37,199 bases of DNA. It comes from a virus. Lineage: Duplodnaviria; Caudoviricetes. Shown piece after piece: positions 1 through 8,035 of the stretch. A model generated the notes under the pieces. The model made no database searches and was not told where the DNA came from. It saw only the letters and a list, made by a program, of their open reading frames with translations. The number at the start of each line of letters is the position of its first letter. Positions within the stretch are counted from its first letter, which is position 1. A program made the position numbers and the translations under genes. The stretch lies in the IMG/VR virus record IMGVR_UViG_3300016659_000112, positions 1 through 37,199 of that record; one strand, written 5' to 3'.

Positions 1-3
1 CTT

Positions 4-287
4 ATGCAGCATTCCTCCAGCCTGCCGGCCCGCTTCTCCCTCACTGGCGCCCAACAAGACATTTGGCTCGACCAACTGCGCGTGGGCGAGTCGCAATCCT
101 GGCCCGGCGTGGTCTCGACACCCTGGCGGGGTTGTTGGCGATCCTCAAGTCCGAGGCCTGCTACGTGCCGCTGGACCCGGCCCATCCCGCCGAACGCCTG
201 GAGTATCTGCTGCACGATAGCGCACCGGTTGCCATCCTGACCCAGCAGAACCAGGGACACGGCTGGCTGGCCCTTTACAAACCATGA
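4..287 (+). pseudogene. Collapsed relic of a lipopeptide-type NRPS gene (start of a condensation-starter domain fused out of frame to an adenylation-domain fragment)
   Basis: Frame from 4 reads MQHSSSLPARFSLTGAQQDIWLDQL, like the N-terminus of a starter C domain. From about 87 another frame reads RVAILARRGLDTLAGLLAILKSEACYVPLDPAHPAERLEYLLHDSAPVAILTQ, the A-domain core A2 region. The several hundred residues normally between them are absent. Confidence 0.8.
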
Positions 288-312
288 CAAAAGCCAGCAA
301 GTACAGTGCCTC

Positions 313-318
313 AGCGTA
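313..318. repeat. Target-site duplication, left copy (AGCGTA)
   Basis: AGCGTA immediately precedes TG at 319; an identical hexamer follows CA at 36248. Confidence 0.9.
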
Positions 319-361
319 TGATGCCGAGCGCGAAAAAAAAGCGCTCATATCTGAGATAAAT
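319..361 (+). repeat. Tail-proximal prophage end with putative transposase-binding site CTGAGATAAAT (351-361)
   Basis: Matches the reverse complement of ATTTATCCCAG / ATTTACCTCAC at the other end. It lies 32 bp in from the terminus, the same offset as the second site at the opposite end. Confidence 0.7.
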
Positions 362-524
362 GGGTTCAGGTTCTTTTGCGGCCACTGCAACAGAATATCA
401 AAATAGACGAGTAGGTTGACCCTTCCTCTTACCCAAACGATCAGCTTGACCATCGACGTTTATATAACCGCTTGCTGGATTTAGCTTCGCTTGGCGCGAA
501 AAATTGCTTCCGTAGGGGGGCGTA

Positions 525-944
525 TTACTCGTCGACATTTTTCAGTTCGTTTGGCTCCGCAGGCCAGTCAATGTTTTGCGGGAAGCCATCCTGCTGCTGA
601 ATTCGATTTAGAAGCATGCGGTAGCGCTTCCATGCTGTTAACTCAGCGTCTTCATCAGCCGTAGCCTCTCCAATGTCAACGGCATCCTGTAGCGGGGCCA
701 TTCTTACCGTAGCAACGTTCAGCAGTCTGTCACGCCGCCTAAGCGCTAGCTCCTCATCTGTCGGACCTACACTGGGTATAAGGACAGGTAACCCGTCCGC
801 TCCAGGGCCGATCGTACCGTCGATAACGGTCGTGAAAAGCTCGCTGTACAGCTCTTTGCTGATCTCGACGGCGTCCTCGGGGATTGAGGGGCTCAGGGCG
901 TCGATATAGGCGCCGTTGGTGGTTCCGCTGTAAAAGTATTTCAT
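525..944 (-). CDS. Tail fibre assembly chaperone
   Basis: C-terminal RMAPLQDAVDIGEAT...LTAWKRYRMLLNRI...IDWPAEP is typical of Tfa chaperones; lies directly downstream of the tail fibre. Confidence 0.9.
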   Translation of the reverse strand: MKYFYSGTTNGAYIDALSPSIPEDAVEISKELYSELFTTVIDGTIGPGADGLPVLIPSVGPTDEELALRRRDRLLNVATVRMAPLQDAVDIGEATADEDAELTAWKRYRMLLNRIQQQDGFPQNIDWPAEPNELKNVDE

Positions 945-957
945 GGTGTTTTACCTG

Positions 958-2376
958 TTAGAACCCAACGCACAACCAAGATACGGCTGAGCCGCCGAGG
1001 GCCGAATTGGTTTCGTTATATGAAACATTGATCTGCGACAAGCTTACAAATTGTCCCGCCGTTTCGCGGCATGCGGCGGAGTCGCCAGAGACGCTACCGT
1101 AGAGCGAAGTCCACATTTGCAACGTTGTGGATGGGAACGTAAAAGGAAGGGACACGTTGGTTCCAGAACCATCGGTGAGAACAGCTGTTCTTCCCCATTG
1201 AATGATCAGACCGCCGAGCCATGTGGGGAATGCAATAAAACCGTTCTCAGTGAAGCTGAAGAGAAAGCCCGCACGAAGCTTGCGCGGAGTAACGATTGTT
1301 GCGTTGTCAGTACCGCCATTGGTCTGGGCTTGAGTTGCAACCGCCGCAGTACCTGCGAAGGCTTCTGTCGCCGCCCCCTTTGTCGCCTTACCGTCTAAAA
1401 GGGTATTGAGCTGCGATTGCGTATAGGTGTCACTAATACCGTAGGCCGCTAGGGTGGTCCCCTTGTCAGCCTTGCTGGACAAGGCGCTGTCTACCTGCGT
1501 CTTCGTGTAAGCATCACCGATGTTGTAACCGCCGAGCGTTGTCGCCTTGCTCGCGAATGACTGCCCAGCCTCGGTTTTGGTGTAAGCATCACTAATGCCG
1601 TAACCAGAGAGCGTTGTCGACTTACTCGCGAAGGACTGACCAGCCTCAGTTTTCGTATAGGCATCACCAATACCATAGGCCGCTAGGGTGATCCCCTTGT
1701 CAGCCTTACTGGACAAGGCGCTGTCTACCTGCGTTTTCGTGTAAGCATCACCGATGTTGTAGCCGCCAAGCGTTGTCGACTTACTTGCGAAGGACTGGCC
1801 AGCCTCAGTTTTGGTGTAGGCATTGGTGATGCCATAGCCTGCCAGGGTGGTGGCCTTATCGGCCTTGCCGGATAGACTCCCATCGATCTGGGTCTTGGTG
1901 TAAGCATCACCGATGTTGTAACCCCCGAGCGTCGTCGATTTGCTCGCGAATGACTGCCCTGCCTCGGTTTTGGTATAGGCATCGGTAATGCCGAACTCAG
2001 CCAATGTAGATGGGTTCGTTCCACCCGTAGCAAGACCTTTTGAGTTGAAAACAGGCTTGGAATAAGCGCCGGCGACGATCCCGGAATCCGCTAGGGTTAA
2101 TGTAATTTCAATATCGGCACCGCCATCAAAAGCGCCCGAACCACTTGCCGCTCCTTTGAGTTTCAAAGTCCGTGCAGTCGCCAATCGCGCAGCCTTACCC
2201 ACTACGGTGGTGCCAGCAATTATTTTGGTGATAGCCGTCTTTAACCAAGCTGTACGATTGCCCAATTGTTCGGCTTGCTTGTTAGCGATCCCTCCCGGCC
2301 CGCCAAGCACCCGGTCAGATGTTTCGATCTGATAAGTACCTTCTGCAAAATCTTCTGTCTCTGGCAAGTTAGCCAT
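958..2376 (-). CDS. Tail fibre protein with internal repeats
   Basis: N-terminal baseplate-attachment motif (YQIETSDRVLGGPGGIANKQAEQLGNRTAWLK), TLxxYGIxDAYTK repeats and a C-terminal GFIAFPTWLGGLIIQWG tip domain. ATG at 2376 overlaps the upstream TGA. Confidence 0.92.
   Translation of the reverse strand: MANLPETEDFAEGTYQIETSDRVLGGPGGIANKQAEQLGNRTAWLKTAITKIIAGTTVVGKAARLATARTLKLKGAASGSGAFDGGADIEITLTLADSGIVAGAYSKPVFNSKGLATGGTNPSTLAEFGITDAYTKTEAGQSFASKSTTLGGYNIGDAYTKTQIDGSLSGKADKATTLAGYGITNAYTKTEAGQSFASKSTTLGGYNIGDAYTKTQVDSALSSKADKGITLAAYGIGDAYTKTEAGQSFASKSTTLSGYGISDAYTKTEAGQSFASKATTLGGYNIGDAYTKTQVDSALSSKADKGTTLAAYGISDTYTQSQLNTLLDGKATKGAATEAFAGTAAVATQAQTNGGTDNATIVTPRKLRAGFLFSFTENGFIAFPTWLGGLIIQWGRTAVLTDGSGTNVSLPFTFPSTTLQMWTSLYGSVSGDSAACRETAGQFVSLSQINVSYNETNSALGGSAVSWLCVGF
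1378..2013 (-). repeat. Eight tandem 75/84-bp (25/28-aa) repeats within the tail fibre
   Basis: Units xTTLxxYxIxDAYTKTEAGQSFASK (25 aa) and xTTLGGYNIGDAYTKTQVDSALSSKADK (28 aa). Positions 1439-1545 and 1673-1779 are near-identical DNA. Confidence 0.9.
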
Positions 2377-2960
2377 CAAACATTGCTCCCATGGTTATAC
2401 AGCCCGTCATAGCGAGCGGTGCCGTTGTAGCGGATGGCCACGGCTTGGTATTCAAGCGAGGCGAGGCGTCGCCCTGCGGGCGCGATAGAGGACAACATTC
2501 GACGAATCAGAGCCGCCTGATCGTTGGTGATCGGGTCATTGAAGATCACACGATAGGCAGCCCACGCCCCTGTGTTGCCGTACAAGTACAGCCCGTCGAA
2601 GGCAATGCTGCCGTCATACTTACGTCCGCCTAGCCCCTCCTGCAGTTGGACTTCACCGAAGCCCAACAATCGGATGATTTCGCGGATCGCCCAGGGCGTT
2701 CCTTTGTAACGGTGCAACTCGACGGCGTTTTTTATTAGGCTCCGTCGCGCATCCTCTGACTCAGCCAGCATCCAAACTGCTTCGTCAAAAAGACTGAACT
2801 GGTCTGCTAACACCGGCAGTAGGGGCGCCTTTACCAAGTCAATCAGGTAGACCAGCATGGGCGTGAGATCAATGCCGGCATGTCGCTCTTCAAGCAGCTT
2901 GCACAGCAGTGCGAAGCGCTCATCGCCTGCCAGTGCGGGGGGCAGAGTGAGGTCAACCAT
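2376..2960 (-). CDS. Baseplate wedge / P2 gpI-like tail protein
   Basis: LLPVLADQF...RRSLIKNAVELHRYKGTPWAI motif and YDG repeats; follows the gpJ-like gene. Start placed at ATG 2960, which overlaps the gpJ end. Confidence 0.88.
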   Translation of the reverse strand: MVDLTLPPALAGDERFALLCKLLEERHAGIDLTPMLVYLIDLVKAPLLPVLADQFSLFDEAVWMLAESEDARRSLIKNAVELHRYKGTPWAIREIIRLLGFGEVQLQEGLGGRKYDGSIAFDGLYLYGNTGAWAAYRVIFNDPITNDQAALIRRMLSSIAPAGRRLASLEYQAVAIRYNGTARYDGLYNHGSNV

Positions 2961-4074
2961 CAGCGGTTCCAGCATATAGAATTTCAATGCTGGAACAGTC
3001 CGCCCAGCCATGGCGCTGCAGATCCACAGTCACGGACGGTAACTCCAAGGCAGATCGGTAGACGCCCATTACCTGAAGCCTGGCATTGAGCTGTTCAGGC
3101 ACGATGTCGATGCCGAGTCCGGCGCGCAGCTCTTGGGCATAAACTTCAGCAGCATTTTTCACTGCGGCAAGTGTCGTGTCCTTGTCGGCCCAGGAGTACA
3201 AGGTGATGTGCGATCTGATAAGCCAATCGATTTGGTCTGGCATCTGCGCTCGCACCGTGTCACATAAGGGGCGCAGCTTTTCCCCGCTTAAATAGCTTTC
3301 GACCTGTTCCAAAAGGTTTGCCGTGGGCATTCCTGTTTCAGTCAGCGGGTGAATCGCAACTTCGCCATCTGGCAGGCCGTCATCGGGCCCACGCACTGCC
3401 ACATCGATAATGGACTGGTGGACCGACAGAGCGTGATACCGATAAGCCCCCCGACTGCCTGCTGTGGTGTAAGCCTCAGGCGCAAGAATGATGCGCTCTT
3501 TGTAACGCTCATCGGACTCGTCCTCGACGCCGTCTGCAGGCACGGTGCTGTTGCTCGAGGTCAGCCCGGCAAATGGTTGGCCAACCAAGGTGTTGATCTG
3601 GCCGATAGCCCAGCCGTTTCCGATCACTCCCGCTGTTTCGCAGATAGCGCGCACTTGCACTGACAGCGTTCCAGCTTTGATGAACGCATCTTGGCGGGTA
3701 AGGAAAGCCACTGCGCCGTTTTGGGTGGTAATCCGCGTGCCGGCCGGAATCAGGCGATCCTGCGACTGAGCCTGCGATGCAACGAACAAGAAGGTGCAGA
3801 CGGCGCCCACCGCTAATAGGCGAGGTGTACCGACCAGGTCGCCCAGGTAATCAAGGATTGGCCCACTGCTGAAGCGCACCAGCAGCTTCTCACCTGCACT
3901 CTGGATCGCGGCCTTGATGCGGGCCTCTGAATAAGCCACCTGGTTAATGAAAAGGCGTTCGATCTGGGCCGGGAACAGCGACTTACCCGAATCCCGTTCG
4001 TAGAGCGCGATCAGCTCAGCCTCGATCCCTGCAGGATCAATTTTGACGAACTCGGGTTTAGGCAGCTCGCGCAT
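2953..4074 (-). CDS. Baseplate J-like protein
   Basis: GPILDYLGDLVG, ESDERYKERI and TAGSRGAYRYHALS motifs; 373 aa; expected position. Confidence 0.92.
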   Translation of the reverse strand: MRELPKPEFVKIDPAGIEAELIALYERDSGKSLFPAQIERLFINQVAYSEARIKAAIQSAGEKLLVRFSSGPILDYLGDLVGTPRLLAVGAVCTFLFVASQAQSQDRLIPAGTRITTQNGAVAFLTRQDAFIKAGTLSVQVRAICETAGVIGNGWAIGQINTLVGQPFAGLTSSNSTVPADGVEDESDERYKERIILAPEAYTTAGSRGAYRYHALSVHQSIIDVAVRGPDDGLPDGEVAIHPLTETGMPTANLLEQVESYLSGEKLRPLCDTVRAQMPDQIDWLIRSHITLYSWADKDTTLAAVKNAAEVYAQELRAGLGIDIVPEQLNARLQVMGVYRSALELPSVTVDLQRHGWADCSSIEILYAGTADG

Positions 4075-4435
4075 ATGGCACCTCGGTCAGTTGAGGGATG
4101 CCGTCGGCTACACGCCATTGCACGCGCACCGTGATGTGCGCGACATCGATGCTGACTTGCACCTGGACTACGGATACGCGGGTTTCCCAGCGGCGAATGG
4201 CATCGACGGCTTCTCGCACCAGGTGCGGAGTGACTCGGTTTGTGGGCCAGTCGATATATAGATGTAGGTCGCTACCGAACTCTGGTCGGTGTGCATCGCT
4301 CCCCTTGGGCGTGGTCAGGATGACGCGGATAGCCTGGTCAACGTCGCGCAGGCCCTCGACTACCTCGCCGGATGTGCCGAGGGCGGGCTGCCAGTGGGCG
4401 GCGGTGATGCTGGTGTAGGAAGTGGGCGTCGTCAT
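4058..4435 (-). CDS. Baseplate gpW/gp25-family protein
   Basis: QAIRVILTTPKGSDAHRPEFGS...AIRRWETRV signature. Confidence 0.92.
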   Translation of the reverse strand: MTTPTSYTSITAAHWQPALGTSGEVVEGLRDVDQAIRVILTTPKGSDAHRPEFGSDLHLYIDWPTNRVTPHLVREAVDAIRRWETRVSVVQVQVSIDVAHITVRVQWRVADGIPQLTEVPYARAA

Positions 4436-4441
4436 GCGCCC

Positions 4442-4487
4442 ATGGTGGCGACTTAGTCTATGCTGGACTTTTAATCGAGTTTAAAGA
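4442..4487 (-). promoter_or_regulatory. Putative activator-dependent late promoter 4 (dyad 4468-4487; -10-like CACCAT 4447-4442)
   Basis: CTTTTAATCGAGTTTAAAGA copy upstream of gpW, with a 20-nt spacer to an xAxxxT hexamer on the minus strand. Confidence 0.7.
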
Positions 4488-4524
4488 CGCTTAAGACCAA
4501 TCAGACGACAACAAGGAGTTCGAG

Positions 4525-5292
4525 ATGCAGAGGAAGCCCTCAATAGAAGTACGCAGGCAACTACGAAAGGAAGTCGGCTTCGGTTGCCCTGTCCGTGGTT
4601 GTGGATGCCCTTTTTTGGAGTGGCATCATTTTGACCCGCCATGGCGCGAACTACACCACCATAACCCTGCGGGAATGATAGCCCTGTGTGTACAGCATCA
4701 TGCTGAAGCAGACGGGGGCGCGTTTACCACCGAGCAGCTCAAACGCTGGAAACGACCTGCAGGCGAAGCCGACCAAGTCAATGGTCGCTTCAACTGGATG
4801 AGAAACGAGCTATTGTTGATCGTAGGTGGCAACTATTTCATTGAGACCTATGATGCGATCAGCATTAAAGGGCACCGGTTTATTTGGTTGAGCCGGGACG
4901 ATGAGGGATTTTTGCTCCTTAATATCGCCCCAATCGTCGTTAACGGTGAACCACGTTTTTCCATGGAGGAAAACTTCTGGAGCATTCACGGGAACGAGGA
5001 GGACGTTGAGTGCCCTCCATCTGGAAAACTGCTTTCAGTGAAATACCCCGACGGGGATTCTTGCTCAGTAAGATTTTTAGAGCTGGAGAGTAACCAGGCT
5101 CTAAGGAAACGCTATCCTGACGCTCCCAAGGCCCTTTTTGAATTCAATACTCCTCTCACTGCGGTCGAGATAACTTTCCGCTTAAAGAGCGCTGATCTTG
5201 ATATCGGTCCGAAGCGGATGGTGATCAACGGCGACTGCTCCATCGGCGGGGACTTATTCATTCGTTGTGGCGGTGGCATCTCTATTAATTGA
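4525..5292 (+). CDS. Counter-oriented cargo gene: N-terminal HNH-like nuclease domain plus unknown beta-rich C-terminal domain
   Basis: RBS AAGGAG. Motif RRQLRKEVGFGCPVRGCGCPFLEWHHFDP...HNPAGMIALCVQHHAEAD. Opposite strand to the surrounding baseplate genes and visibly more AT-rich. Confidence 0.75.
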   Translation: MQRKPSIEVRRQLRKEVGFGCPVRGCGCPFLEWHHFDPPWRELHHHNPAGMIALCVQHHAEADGGAFTTEQLKRWKRPAGEADQVNGRFNWMRNELLLIVGGNYFIETYDAISIKGHRFIWLSRDDEGFLLLNIAPIVVNGEPRFSMEENFWSIHGNEEDVECPPSGKLLSVKYPDGDSCSVRFLELESNQALRKRYPDAPKALFEFNTPLTAVEITFRLKSADLDIGPKRMVINGDCSIGGDLFIRCGGGISIN

Positions 5293-5300
5293 GATGATCC

Positions 5301-5834
5301 TCAATGAGAATGATGGTTCGAGTTTCCGCCGGCATCCATTATCGAACCTGCAGCCTTGATCCCACCATTTACCAGTAGGTCGCCATTCAAGGTAACCTGC
5401 GGGATATTTAGGATTGCCGACGGCGCTTTGACTATTACCGGCTCACCAGCTTCAACCGTGATGTTTCTCCCACACTTCACAAGCAATGCCCCCACGCAGT
5501 CCAGCGTCATTACCCCGGCCGCCCGGTCATAGGTCGATACTGTTCCATCGCTAAAGCGGACATAATCGGTATCTTCGTCGACGATTGGCGGCGGCTCCAC
5601 CGTCGAGTAAATTCCGCCCAGGACAACACCACCGACGCCGTCAGCATCGAGCAGCACCGCGACCTGTTCACCCAATTCAGGCATAAGTGGTCGACGCTGA
5701 GTGCCCTGCGTGTTGCGCTGGGGCACGTGGAGCCAGTAGCTCTCAATGCCATCACGGTCATCCAGGCGGACGCGCACGCGGCAACTCGGGTAATCCACGG
5801 CGCTGATCTCGCCGTATTCCAGTTCAATGCTCAT
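5301..5834 (-). CDS. Baseplate spike (gpV / Mu gp45-like)
   Basis: OB-fold motifs RVRVRL..ESYWL..MPELGEQVAVL..GVVLGGIY and a C-terminal HHSH metal-binding tip. Start placed at ATG 5834. Confidence 0.92.
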   Translation of the reverse strand: MSIELEYGEISAVDYPSCRVRVRLDDRDGIESYWLHVPQRNTQGTQRRPLMPELGEQVAVLLDADGVGGVVLGGIYSTVEPPPIVDEDTDYVRFSDGTVSTYDRAAGVMTLDCVGALLVKCGRNITVEAGEPVIVKAPSAILNIPQVTLNGDLLVNGGIKAAGSIMDAGGNSNHHSH

Positions 5835-5853
5835 TCGGTTTTGCTCTTCATTA

Positions 5854-6966
5854 TTAAGCCACCACTTCGTGCTCGATGCCGTAGGTCGACAACGCGAGGT
5901 CAGGCTTGGAGTTATCCATGGTGAAGCCAATCGACGGGGCTGATACCCGGCAGACTTCCTGGTCGACGGAGTAACCGCCAGTTCGGATCATTCGATGTTG
6001 TGATGAAAGGATCAGATAGTTGCCACCCAGTTTGCCTGCGGCAACCAAGGTCACCACATTGCCGCTCACCAGATTGGGGCGTCCCATGGCTGTCCAACTG
6101 CCGGTGGTACGTTCGCGATTGGCCTTGGCCAGCTCAGCTTTGGCTTTGGCCTTCGACTCTTCAGCACTGGTACTGCGCTTGCGGCTTTTCCTGGTATCGC
6201 CACTGGTGGTGGTCTTGCTGGCGCTGCTCGGTACCGCGACCGTCTCACCATTGATGATCCGATAACTGACCAACTGCTTCTTGACCGGGTCTTTGTGCTT
6301 GACCTCTACGGCCTTCGGTACGTCCTTGATCTTGTCACGCAGATGCACATTGGCCTGGTCCTGCAATAGCTGAGTGGCGACAGGCTTACCCTTCGCCAGT
6401 TCGCTGATGGCGTGGAACACTAACTTGTTGCCGGTCACCTTAAAGGCGTAGCCGTATTCGTCGGCCAGGCTGCTCAAAAAGGTCAGATCAGAGTCCTGCT
6501 GGGTGAGACGGTCGAGCTTGATGGGCTCGATTTTACCGATCAGCTCCAGCCCCAGTCGGGTTGCGACCTGCTTGGCCACTGCGTCCAGGGTGAGGTTTTC
6601 ATAGGCGCGGTGTTCGGTGGTGCGCAAAGCCAAATTGATACCGGCAGCCAAACCGTGGATGGTCACGGTTGAAGGTGGGCACCGCAGCTCCACCTCATCA
6701 ATTTCAAAACGCCCGAGCGTCCGAAGCGGCGCACCCTCCCAGCCGATGGCCAGGGTCAGTGCATCGCCGTGCCCTGGATACCAGGCATCTCGCCACTTGC
6801 CCTCGGTGTCCTCCAGCTCAACCTCCAGACTATCAGCCTGGCCGGACAGATAGTCGATGTACGTCAATGAGAGCAGGGCCAGACTGATATTGTGGGTGAT
6901 ATTGCGCTGTTGATAGGTCAGCACAAAGCGTGCTTCGGGTACCAGTTTTGGGATCAACGCATCCAT
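5854..6966 (-). CDS. Baseplate hub (P2 gpD-like late control protein)
   Basis: ADSLEVELED, LGRFEIDEVE and QQDSDLTFLSSLADEYGY motifs. Confidence 0.9.
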   Translation of the reverse strand: MDALIPKLVPEARFVLTYQQRNITHNISLALLSLTYIDYLSGQADSLEVELEDTEGKWRDAWYPGHGDALTLAIGWEGAPLRTLGRFEIDEVELRCPPSTVTIHGLAAGINLALRTTEHRAYENLTLDAVAKQVATRLGLELIGKIEPIKLDRLTQQDSDLTFLSSLADEYGYAFKVTGNKLVFHAISELAKGKPVATQLLQDQANVHLRDKIKDVPKAVEVKHKDPVKKQLVSYRIINGETVAVPSSASKTTTSGDTRKSRKRSTSAEESKAKAKAELAKANRERTTGSWTAMGRPNLVSGNVVTLVAAGKLGGNYLILSSQHRMIRTGGYSVDQEVCRVSAPSIGFTMDNSKPDLALSTYGIEHEVVA

Positions 6967-7160
6967 GGTGGGAGATCCTCTGCGGTGGCCACCGGCTCCA
7001 GAATTGGAATAGCCAAGATCAATCCGGCTGGTAATGCGGCGGTGATAGGCACATGCGGGTTGGCATGAACGATTGGAAAATACCGATGAGCGTCACCGTA
7101 ATAGCGCCAGGCTAGTTGGTCCCAGCGTTCGCCCTCTCTTGTTACGTGGGTTATAAGCAT
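6954..7160 (-). CDS. Tail protein X (LysM-like)
   Basis: HVTREGERWDQLAWRYYGD...ANPH...LPAGLILAIP...LPPW. Confidence 0.9.
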   Translation of the reverse strand: MLITHVTREGERWDQLAWRYYGDAHRYFPIVHANPHVPITAALPAGLILAIPILEPVATAEDLPPWMR

Positions 7161-8035
7161 CAAGCTCTCCGGGTCAAGACATCAGCAGCCAAACCTGCCA
7201 AACGTTTACTAGCGCTGCCCATAACAGTGACAGCCTTATCCAGGGACTCACGCGAGGCGGCGAAACGGTCGACAATGTTGCTTAGGTCGACGGGGTCCAA
7301 GCTGGAACGCGACCCCATAACGTTGCCCAACACGTCATCCCCCAGGCGGGACAGATCGGCGCCATCATCGAGCAGCCCAGCCACAGTCGACAAACCTTGC
7401 AGCGGCTCGATGGCACGTGCGGTAACCCCCAGCAACTGGGGAACTTGCCCTAGGATCATAGAAGGGTTGCCACCCTTTACCGCCTCGTAAAGACTCTTTC
7501 CCGCTCTCAGTACGTTGCCAGCTGATTTGGCATGACCAATAGCCAGTTGGGTGGCGCTGGGTATTGGAACCATGCTGGAGAGCAATCCTGGTGACCCTAT
7601 GGCGGAAGCCCCACTCAATGCCGGATCAAGAAGCCCCTGGCGAACGACCTTACGGGTGAAGGCCCCAGTGTATTCACGCAGGCCGACTTGCACAGTCGAA
7701 GCAACGACCTGACCGACCGCCGTGGCGCGGCGAATGGTGTTGCTGACACGGGTGACGACATACGGGCCAATGTATTCACCGCTGCCCATGACCAACGCCA
7801 GCGGTTCGTGTCGGCTCTTAGCCTCGCGAAGTAAGCGCAAACGCTCAGCCGGGTTACCCAATAATGGGTGCAGTTCAATGGTGAGGTTGATTTCATCCAA
7901 CCCTTCGCCAATCCACTCCAGCAACGGTTTGCCCTGGATACGTGCATGCTCCGCCCAGTCTGCAGAGCCGGTCTGCTCCATGCCGCTGATGCCACCGGCC
8001 ACGGTGAACTCGATAGTGCCCAGAACAGCAAACAT
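7160..8035 (-). CDS. P2 gpU-like tube initiator with C-terminal extension
   Basis: MFAVLGTIEF...WAEHARIQGKPLLEWIGEGLDEI...VGLREY N-terminal domain; lies after the tape measure gene. Confidence 0.85.
   Translation of the reverse strand: MFAVLGTIEFTVAGGISGMEQTGSADWAEHARIQGKPLLEWIGEGLDEINLTIELHPLLGNPAERLRLLREAKSRHEPLALVMGSGEYIGPYVVTRVSNTIRRATAVGQVVASTVQVGLREYTGAFTRKVVRQGLLDPALSGASAIGSPGLLSSMVPIPSATQLAIGHAKSAGNVLRAGKSLYEAVKGGNPSMILGQVPQLLGVTARAIEPLQGLSTVAGLLDDGADLSRLGDDVLGNVMGSRSSLDPVDLSNIVDRFAASRESLDKAVTVMGSASKRLAGLAADVLTRRA

Noticed and set aside
284-406. Short + strand ORF containing CGHCNR, reminiscent of a Com-like zinc finger
   Set aside because: Crosses the insertion junction, has only one CxxC, stops soon after it and is oriented opposite to the late genes.
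145-453. 102-aa minus-strand ORF
   Set aside because: Spans the host-prophage junction and runs antisense to the NRPS relic; no motif; probably a chance ORF.
1378-2013. Tail fibre repeats as template/variable repeats of a diversity-generating retroelement
   Set aside because: No reverse transcriptase in the window; the repeats are tandem, in-frame shaft units, not a C-terminal VR with a separate TR.
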